Origin: Acaryochloris marina S15
GTDB taxonomy: Bacteria; Cyanobacteriota; Cyanobacteriia; Thermosynechococcales; Thermosynechococcaceae
Assembly (NCBI RefSeq): GCF_018336915.1
Contig: NZ_CP064923.1
Location: forward strand, 3,840,001 to 3,872,000
DNA: 32,000 nucleotides
Direction of reading: 5' to 3'
The position numbers were made by a program, and so were the translations under genes. Shown piece after piece: positions 25,230 through 32,000 of this stretch; the stretch's first letter is position 1; each line of letters begins with the position of its first letter. The notes beneath the pieces were generated by a model. That model was not told where the DNA came from. It saw only the letters and a program-made list of their open reading frames with translations, and made no database searches.

Positions 25230-25895
25230 ATGATGCCAAAACAATTGAAAGTCGGGCTATGGTTCCTTATTGGCTTAGAAATAGGGCTTGCCTTGGCCTA
25301 CCTCATCACTATTTGGCGGCAGCAGTCTGTCCCAGTTTGGTTGGATTGGGATGGATTGAGATCAGTGCCATCACTAATGCAGGCCGCTACTTTATTTGCA
25401 ATCGGCATTTTAGCGTTGCTCCTGCTCCTCTTTCGGCAGCGAATTCAACGGCCCGTTTCTAGATTTCTCCCCTTAGCTCTTGCATCCCTTTGCCTGTATG
25501 GAGGCATTGATGAACTGACGAAGCTCCATCTGCATCTGAATCAATACAACTGGAAAGGCATCTATGTGGCTATTTTGATTGCCATTCCGTTGATCTGTTG
25601 GCGGGATCTAGCTCGGCTATGGCGGGAGCATCGTTCAATTGTGTTGTGGGTATTTTTGGGACTCGGTATTTTCTTGCTCGGTGGATTTGGTGCAGAACTG
25701 ATCAAGGAGCATTTGTATACAGGAGTCTCTCCTGAAGCCACCTTCACCTTGGCAGGGCAAACTATAAATCTGCTGTTTTGGGTTGAGCATCTTAGGGTCA
25801 CTGTTGAAGAGTTTGGTGAATTGTTGGGCGAAACAATCATCCTCTTTGGGGTTGCTCAATTTGTCCTGAAAAGCTTATCCCCACAAGTGACTTAA
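25230..25895 (+). CDS. Polytopic membrane protein, hypothetical
   Basis: The ORF is 221 aa with about 6 hydrophobic segments. No family was recognised. Confidence 0.65.
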   Translation: MMPKQLKVGLWFLIGLEIGLALAYLITIWRQQSVPVWLDWDGLRSVPSLMQAATLFAIGILALLLLLFRQRIQRPVSRFLPLALASLCLYGGIDELTKLHLHLNQYNWKGIYVAILIAIPLICWRDLARLWREHRSIVLWVFLGLGIFLLGGFGAELIKEHLYTGVSPEATFTLAGQTINLLFWVEHLRVTVEEFGELLGETIILFGVAQFVLKSLSPQVT

Positions 25896-25979
25896 GCAAT
25901 ACGTTGGCGATTGTGCCCCTCTCCCCCAGAGGTCCATTGACCTAGTAAGATAAGAGAGACCCGCAATTATTAAGAAACT

Positions 25980-27185
25980 GTGAAAGCAATTACTCTTCTC
26001 GGCTCAACAGGATCCATCGGAACTCAGACCCTAGATATTGTCGCTCAGTATCCCGATCAGTTTCGAATTGTGGGGATGGCTGCAGGCCGAAATATCGAGC
26101 TTCTGGCGCAGCAAATACGGCAGTTCCGGCCCGAAATTGTTGCCATATCAGATCCAAATCAACTCTCTGATCTCAAAGATGCGATCGCAGATGTCGATCC
26201 CCAACCCCAACTCTTAGCTGGAGAAGCGGGTGTGGTGGAAGTCGCTGCTTATGGAGACTCAGAATCCGTCGTTACTGGGATTGTCGGCTGTGCGGGGCTA
26301 TTACCCACGATTGCTGCCATCAAAGCGGGGAAAGATATTGCCCTCGCCAATAAAGAAACTCTTATTGCGGGCGGTCCCGTTGTCTTACCTCTAGTCGAGA
26401 AACATGGGGTCAAGCTTTTACCCGCTGACTCAGAACATTCCGCCATTTTTCAATGCTTGCAAGGAGTTCCTGAAGGTGGCCTCCGTCGGATTATTCTCAC
26501 GGCCTCTGGGGGCGCATTCCGAGACTGGCCCGTTGAAAAGTTACCGGAAGTCACTGTGGCCGATGCCCTGAAGCATCCCAACTGGTCCATGGGCAAAAAG
26601 ATCACTGTTGACTCTGCCACTTTGATGAACAAAGGGCTAGAAGTGATTGAAGCCCATTATTTATTTGGTGTGGACTATGACCACATCGATATTGTCATCC
26701 ATCCCCAAAGTATTATTCACTCTCTGATTGAACTGCAAGATACTTCCGTTGTGGCCCAACTAGGTTGGCCAGACATGCGACTCCCCTTGCTTTACTCGCT
26801 GTCCTGGCCGGAGCGCATCGCCACGGATTGGGAACCGCTAGATCTGGTGAAGTCTGGGGATCTGACTTTCCGCGAGCCCAACCACCAGAAATATCCCTGC
26901 ATGCAGTTGGCCTATGATGTGGGTCGCATGGGCGGCGCAATGCCAGCCGTGATGAATGCCGCCAATGAACAAGCAGTGGCACTGTTCTTAGAAGAGAAAA
27001 TCAGCTTTTTGGATATTCCGAAGGTGATTGAAACGGCTTGCGATCGCTATCGGTCTCAAAACACATTACAACCCAGCCTAGAAGATATTTTGGCCGCAGA
27101 TCAGTGGGCTAGACAAGAGATTCTCACGATTAGCCAAAGCCAACCCCCGGTCGTTACGGCGAGTCCACAACTATCGACGATTTAG
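25980..27185 (+). CDS. dxr: 1-deoxy-D-xylulose-5-phosphate reductoisomerase
   Basis: It has a GTG start. Signatures present: [37 protein letters not shown] and [10 protein letters not shown]. Confidence 0.96.
   Translation: MKAITLLGSTGSIGTQTLDIVAQYPDQFRIVGMAAGRNIELLAQQIRQFRPEIVAISDPNQLSDLKDAIADVDPQPQLLAGEAGVVEVAAYGDSESVVTGIVGCAGLLPTIAAIKAGKDIALANKETLIAGGPVVLPLVEKHGVKLLPADSEHSAIFQCLQGVPEGGLRRIILTASGGAFRDWPVEKLPEVTVADALKHPNWSMGKKITVDSATLMNKGLEVIEAHYLFGVDYDHIDIVIHPQSIIHSLIELQDTSVVAQLGWPDMRLPLLYSLSWPERIATDWEPLDLVKSGDLTFREPNHQKYPCMQLAYDVGRMGGAMPAVMNAANEQAVALFLEEKISFLDIPKVIETACDRYRSQNTLQPSLEDILAADQWARQEILTISQSQPPVVTASPQLSTI
26181..26188. repeat. HIP1 octamer GCGATCGC
   Basis: Exact match read in the sequence. 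Confidence 0.95.
27040..27047. repeat. HIP1 octamer GCGATCGC
   Basis: Exact match read in the sequence. Confidence 0.95.
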
Positions 27186-27984
27186 CCGCAAGCTCTGTAG
27201 CCTGACGCCCCAGACTACAGGAGCTAGCAATAGCAAAGGGGACAGTTTGGGTAAACTGAAAGGGTTCTTCAGCACGATGGACTTCTACATGGAGATGTGG
27301 ACCACTACTCCATCCAGAGTTACCGCTATAGCCAATGATTTGTCCTACCGTCACTTGATCCCCAACTTTGAGACTTACCCGTTGGCGAAATCCTTGCTGC
27401 AGGTGAACATAGGCTGAACGGTAACCGCCATCATGCTCCAACCAGACGTGGTTAAATCGGTGAATTTGTTCTTTGCCGCCCCCACGATCGGGATATTTAT
27501 CTTGAATACTGATGACTCGCCCTGACCGCATCGCATAGACAGGCGTACCAATTCCAGCCGCATAATCATAGGCATATTCCATCCGACCATTATGGGTCAC
27601 CCCTCGGATCCCTTGGCTTAACCATCCTTGTCCCCAGAGTGGATGGCAAAAACCTTCTAAAGGCGAATCAACCGTAGGTTGCTCATGGAGAGCTAAGGTC
27701 AATAACCTCAGATTTGCTGTTGGCTTAATTTGGTTGGGTGGCTGAGAAATCGGGGGATCATCCTCAGCAATATCTGCCCCCCCCATTGTTCCTGTTAAAT
27801 GAGCCTTAAAAGGGCTATGGGGATGGAAAATGGCCAATAACACTAGCGATATACCAATTCCTACCGCCATCCATGCATAGGGAGAATTGTGCATCTTGGT
27901 GAGAAAAGAGACCAGATGCCTCTGGTTACCGAGATCACGTTGTGAAATTATAGGGAGACTTTGCTGAGGAGCTTGATCACTCAT
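27154..27984 (-). CDS. M23-family metallopeptidase (LytM-type) with an N-terminal TM anchor
   Basis: Signatures present: [28 protein letters not shown] and the TM segment [19 protein letters not shown] prefer the ATG at 27984; the track uses GTG at 27996. Its 3' end overlaps dxr by 32 bp. Confidence 0.85.
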   Translation of the reverse strand: MSDQAPQQSLPIISQRDLGNQRHLVSFLTKMHNSPYAWMAVGIGISLVLLAIFHPHSPFKAHLTGTMGGADIAEDDPPISQPPNQIKPTANLRLLTLALHEQPTVDSPLEGFCHPLWGQGWLSQGIRGVTHNGRMEYAYDYAAGIGTPVYAMRSGRVISIQDKYPDRGGGKEQIHRFNHVWLEHDGGYRSAYVHLQQGFRQRVSLKVGDQVTVGQIIGYSGNSGWSSGPHLHVEVHRAEEPFQFTQTVPFAIASSCSLGRQATELAAKSSIVVDSP

Positions 27985-28474
27985 TCCATGTTGCACGAGG
28001 CGTTCACCAACCCAGATGTTCTTTGAACGAATTTATAGGTGAAGCTGATCTAGAGAAATGAATTGTACCTAGATAGCTAAATGAGAAACATCACAGAGGA
28101 AAACTGCAGATTACAAAGTTGAATATCACTTCACAACCCTACAGATACCATTACTATTTCTAGACGTTAGAGAAAGTCTTTTGTTCTATACATCTAAAAA
28201 TAATTTGCCCCTGAGAGAGACTGAATTAAAACTTTGTAAAGTAATTGACACAAAGGTTCTACTGCATTGAACCTCACACAGATAAATTGTAATCTTCTCA
28301 AGAAAAATTTGTGAATCTTCTTAAAGAATGATCTATCTAACTGTTTAGCTAAAATAGCTAAATCAAGGTTTCATGATTCAGAGAAAAAGCAATAGCACTT
28401 GAGATGAGAAATGCTTCTTCACTAGTTGGTTTTAAAAGCTGCTGAAAAAGTAATGCCTTCAACCAGGGAAGGGA

Positions 28475-29587
28475 CTATTGGGACGTAAACAGCGCTCCAG
28501 GTCTTAATCGTAGCTTGCCTCGTCGTTTGTTTTTTTGCTGATGGAGTGCTTGCTGTAAGCGTCCTACTAATTCTAAGGTTCGTCGCGACTCCAAAGAGGC
28601 ACAATCTTTTTGATGAGTCTGGACGCGGTTGCGTCCCTGTTGCTTAGCCACATACAAAGCACGATCGGCCGCTTCAATCAGGATAGAAGGGGCCACATTC
28701 TCATCAGGCACCTGACTGGCAACCCCTAAGCTCGCGGTAACATTATTTCCTGTTAAAGAGAGTTGGTGAGGAATCTCAAGATTATGAATAATACTTCGGA
28801 TAGCTTCTGCGACTTGGGTTGCCCCATCTAAATCAGTATTCGGTAAGATAATGGCAAACTCTTCACCACCATAGCGAGCAACACAGTCGGCAGGTCGTTT
28901 AGCCACTTTAGCAATCGCTTGAGCAACTTTGCGCAGGCAGTCATCTCCAGCTTGATGACCATAGGTATCGTTAAACGCTTTGAAGTGATCTACATCGCAC
29001 ATAATCAAAGACAAGGGATGATTCTCTCGACATAATCTGTTCCATTCCGATAAAAAGGTTTCATCGAAGCAACGGCGATTATTGACCTGAGTTAAACCAT
29101 CTATCGTTACCAGTTGTTCCAGCTGCAGGTTGGCAATTTCAAGCTGTTCAGACAGAGATTGCAACGTTCGATTTTTGGCATCCAGTTCTAGTAATAAGCT
29201 TTGGCGTTCAACCGCATACTGAATAGAGCGACGTAAATGGCTACTTGTAAACCGTCCTTTAACTAAATAGTCTTGAGCACCTTCTTGCATCGCTGTCAGA
29301 GCGACCGTCTCATCTGAATTGCCACTCAATATAATCACGGGAGTTAAAGGAAATGCTTGATTGACTTGGTGGAAAAGATCAAGTCCTACCGTTCCTGCAA
29401 TACACAAATCTAGGAGAACGAGATCAATCGCAATCTCAGACTCTAATAACTCAAACCCAGCCACTAGGTTGGAACAGTGTAAAAGATCTGTAGGGAAATC
29501 ATGACTGACATTCAGCAATTCCCGAACAATTTCCACGTCCTGCTCGTCATCATCGATCATGAGGATATTGAGATGAGCAGCTTGCAT
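28475..29587 (-). CDS. Response regulator (REC) - coiled-coil - GGDEF diguanylate cyclase
   Basis: REC features ILMIDDDEQD, DLVLLDL and the lysine (K) in DYLVKG are present. GGEEF is intact with an RxxD (RPAD) I-site. Confidence 0.9.
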   Translation of the reverse strand: MQAAHLNILMIDDDEQDVEIVRELLNVSHDFPTDLLHCSNLVAGFELLESEIAIDLVLLDLCIAGTVGLDLFHQVNQAFPLTPVIILSGNSDETVALTAMQEGAQDYLVKGRFTSSHLRRSIQYAVERQSLLLELDAKNRTLQSLSEQLEIANLQLEQLVTIDGLTQVNNRRCFDETFLSEWNRLCRENHPLSLIMCDVDHFKAFNDTYGHQAGDDCLRKVAQAIAKVAKRPADCVARYGGEEFAIILPNTDLDGATQVAEAIRSIIHNLEIPHQLSLTGNNVTASLGVASQVPDENVAPSILIEAADRALYVAKQQGRNRVQTHQKDCASLESRRTLELVGRLQQALHQQKNKRRGKLRLRPGALFTSQ

Positions 29588-29954
29588 TTTTCAGGGGCCC
29601 CCTTGTCAAAAAATTAGACGTTCTTCTGGGCAAAAATTCACTGTCATTCCGAACTAATACGGAGAAGATAAGTCCTTAGGTATATCACTTATACCGCCCT
29701 ATGATGCCCAAAATCTTCCGTAATCCTACGTATCTTTAAGGCTCCGAGGAATGAAAATAATCGAGATAGATTCGAGGTATTCCAGGATATTTGGGCCATC
29801 GTCCATCCTATGCCAGAGTCAATTCTACGCCATTTCTTTTATGCCAGGATGATTACTGTTAGGCCTTGTTTTTTGTAGTTTTAGATACAATCTGCTATCG
29901 TTTTCCAGTTATCTCTGGCTAGCTAGAAAATACTTGCTGATCATTGTTTCTTGT

Positions 29955-29971
29955 TATTCAATAATTGAATA
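29955..29971. promoter_or_regulatory. Perfect 8-1-8 palindrome TATTCAAT-A-ATTGAATA
   Basis: Read directly from the sequence. It lies in the 520-bp spacer downstream of the M19 dipeptidase stop (30108) and upstream of the REC-GGDEF start (29587). Confidence 0.35.
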
Positions 29972-30107
29972 GTTTGCACTCTCTTTAATTGAGATATGTG
30001 TCGTTTAAATTAACCCAATCTGGTAAAAATATTGAATTGATTAGCACTTGGATGCCTAGCTTTTGGCGGTTGTGATATTCGCTATCCACCTGACAGATGA
30101 CTGAGGC

Positions 30108-31304
30108 TCACTCAGGTAGAACTAAATCAAGGACTCGCAATAGGTTGAGTCCCATGATTTTACTAATCTCCCCAGTGGTAAATCCCTCTTCCTGCAATGC
30201 TTCAGTGATTAAAGGCAAACCTGTAACATCAAAGGGTGAGCGCACTGCCCCATCAAAGTCAGACCCCAAACCGACATAGTCCACGCCTACCAGATCAGCA
30301 ACATAACGGATGGCATGGGCAATAGACGATGCATCATTCCCACAAATTGCCGTTGGCCAATATCCAATCCCAATCACACCGCCCGTCTTTGCAATTGCCT
30401 GAATTTGTTGATCAGAGAGGTTGCGCAAGTTATCGCAGGTTCCTTTCACTCCTGTATGAGAAACCACCACGGGCTGGTTACTCAGGGCAACAACTTCATC
30501 AATGACTTGTGCAGAAGAATGAGCTAAATCTAACAGCAGATGTTGATCTTGGGCTTTTACAACGACCTGGCGTCCTAAACGGGTTAGACCCCCTTTTTGC
30601 AGGCCATGGGCAGAGCCACCCACTTTAGTATCAAAAAAATGAGCCAGTCCTAACATCCTAAATCCAGCGTCGTAAAGGCGATCTATATTTTCTAATCGAC
30701 CTTGTAAGGCATGAGCTCCCTCTAGTCCTAAAAGACCTGCGGTTAATTGGGGCTGCTGTTTTCGATCTTGAAGAAAAGACTTTAGGTCAGCTTGATTGTT
30801 TAAAAGTCGAAACTGTTGTTGAGATTCAGCCAGGTTATGGAGCTTTTCCGCTTGATACAACGCTCTTTGTAATAGGCTGTTCCAAGTCGATAACGGCCAA
30901 CGTTGAACAAGGGCTAGCTTCCAGATGTCATCAGATCGATGATCGTTATTCTCCAGCTTGAGATTAGTCGGCACTTTGGTGACAACGGTAAAGACTTGCA
31001 AAGCCACATTGGCATCCTGCAATCGTGGTAAATCAACATGCCCATACCGATGTTTCTGACTTAAATCCCGATGCCATAACAAAGAATCTGCATGAAAATC
31101 AGCAATCCACAATCCCTGATGAATCTGGCTCACTGAGTCTCCCACAGGGTAGGGTGGCCGTTGTAACACAGGGTTAAATCGCTGATCGATGAGGATGGGT
31201 AATTGAGCAAAGACGAGGGACACTGCGATGATTGCAAGTCCAATCAATCCCAATATGCTCCATCGACGTTTGCACCACCTAGAATCTCGTTTGCGTTTAG
31301 ACAT
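30108..31304 (-). CDS. Membrane-anchored M19-family dipeptidase
   Basis: Signatures present: DFHADSL, LAHFFDT, VVSHTG and GLGSDFDG, with an N-terminal TM anchor. I prefer the ATG at 31304 (MSKRKRDS); the track uses TTG at 31343. Confidence 0.85.
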   Translation of the reverse strand: MSKRKRDSRWCKRRWSILGLIGLAIIAVSLVFAQLPILIDQRFNPVLQRPPYPVGDSVSQIHQGLWIADFHADSLLWHRDLSQKHRYGHVDLPRLQDANVALQVFTVVTKVPTNLKLENNDHRSDDIWKLALVQRWPLSTWNSLLQRALYQAEKLHNLAESQQQFRLLNNQADLKSFLQDRKQQPQLTAGLLGLEGAHALQGRLENIDRLYDAGFRMLGLAHFFDTKVGGSAHGLQKGGLTRLGRQVVVKAQDQHLLLDLAHSSAQVIDEVVALSNQPVVVSHTGVKGTCDNLRNLSDQQIQAIAKTGGVIGIGYWPTAICGNDASSIAHAIRYVADLVGVDYVGLGSDFDGAVRSPFDVTGLPLITEALQEEGFTTGEISKIMGLNLLRVLDLVLPE

Positions 31305-31386
31305 TGTCAAAATGTTGACGAATGTTCTCCATGGTACTGGCAAGCACTAGGATTTATTCATCGACACCATAGGTTGCGTTGAACTG

Positions 31387-31872
31387 ATGAATCGGGGTCG
31401 CATTACTGTTTCTATCCTGATAATTAGCCTACTCACTGCTGGAGGGATGGCAATACAACTATTCCGGCAGCATCGTCAAAGCTATGTCCTAACCTTAGCG
31501 ACAGCAAGTCGATCCGGTGAATACTATAAATTTGGTCAAGCACTAGCAACGGTTGTCGCTCGCCATCATCCTCAGATCCGGATTAACGTCATTCATACAG
31601 AAGGCTCAGCGCAAAATCTGGAATTCATCGAATCAGGGGCAGCCCAGTTAGCCCTAATCCAGGGAGATTCATCGATCCAATCATCGGCGCAGGCTATGAC
31701 GTTACTTTTCCCTGAGACAGCTCATGTCCTAGTCAATAGACAGGCTAGCATCGAAACGATGGCAGATTTGCAAGGGAAAGCAGTTGCTTTGCCTCCCAAA
31801 GGGAGTGGTGCTTATCAATTATTTATGCCGATTGCCCAGCATTATGGCTTAAACCTACATTCAGCAGGCTAG
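31387..31872 (+). CDS. TAXI-family TRAP-type solute-binding protein, N-terminal half only (truncated or interrupted)
   Basis: A TM anchor is followed by LATASRSGEYYKFGQALATVV...IHTEGSAQNLEFIESGAAQLALIQGD, which matches the TAXI pattern. At 161 aa it is about half the usual domain length. The same frame stays open after the TAG to the window end. Confidence 0.6.
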   Translation: MNRGRITVSILIISLLTAGGMAIQLFRQHRQSYVLTLATASRSGEYYKFGQALATVVARHHPQIRINVIHTEGSAQNLEFIESGAAQLALIQGDSSIQSSAQAMTLLFPETAHVLVNRQASIETMADLQGKAVALPPKGSGAYQLFMPIAQHYGLNLHSAG

Positions 31873-32000
31873 CTAGCAGAGCAGATAATATTTTTTACAG
31901 CCCTTCCCAAGGAACGGCAAGATAAGTTGCTGCCTGCTGTTGAGCTTGATGAATGTAGGTTGAGTACTTCTGGCAAGCCCATTTGCATCATCATGTGGAG

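Noticed and set aside
25193-25462. 89-aa ORF overlapping the membrane-protein gene
   Set aside because: It is an alternative frame. The 221-aa frame gives a coherent series of TM helices.
29917-31876. The 10-mer GGCTAGCTAG occurs twice (about 29917 and 31867)
   Set aside because: It is a short, self-complementary sequence, and two copies in 64 kb of double-stranded search space are compatible with chance. No extended similarity surrounds the copies.
1-32000. Search for CRISPR arrays, tRNA/rRNA/tmRNA/RNase P genes and transposase or integrase genes
   Set aside because: There are no regularly spaced direct repeats. No T-loop-like GGTTCGAATCC-type motifs occur in a plausible tRNA context. No rnpB or ssrA signature strings were seen. 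No ORF has transposase or recombinase motifs. This was a by-eye scan only, so small or divergent RNAs could have been missed.

Overview
This looks like a chromosomal window from a cyanobacterium. That is inferred from 8 copies of the HIP1 octamer GCGATCGC, RRM-type Rbp genes, hemL, dxr and a CbbR/CmpR-like LysR regulator. I support about 24 CDS, one gene remnant (clpC 3' end) and one apparently truncated gene (TAXI binding protein). By eye I found no rRNA, tRNA, CRISPR array, transposase or integrase. Left to right the content is: a DUF1611 gene (partial), a convergent pair of RRM RNA-binding protein genes, the clpC remnant, an orphan PilX_N-like giant minor pilin, a small secreted protein, and two tandem c-di-GMP genes (HAMP-GGDEF and GAF-GGDEF-EAL). 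Then come hemL, a SYLF gene followed by a PLD-nuclease/EF-hand/ComEA fusion gene, and an 817-aa protein with an unknown domain fused to a CPBP/Abi protease. Next are a ParA-like ATPase translationally coupled to a 325-aa disordered/coiled-coil protein, a divergent CbbR/CmpR-like regulator, and an orphan gene with an 825-bp AT-rich ORF-free upstream region. The rest is ppx/gppA, an M48 protease, a membrane protein, dxr, an M23 peptidase, a receiver-GGDEF regulator, an M19 dipeptidase and the half-length TAXI gene. The best candidate for a poorly described system is the ParA-like/disordered-partner pair at 16714-18401. It has the published hallmarks of McdA/McdB carboxysome positioning, but the partner is atypically long and histone-H1-like. 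Other notable items are a 17-bp inverted repeat bracketing 232 bp (MITE or invertible segment), an 18-bp perfect hairpin, a palindromic motif shared by two promoter regions, and the competence-type nuclease fusion. All functional calls rest on motif recognition from memory, since no searches could be run.
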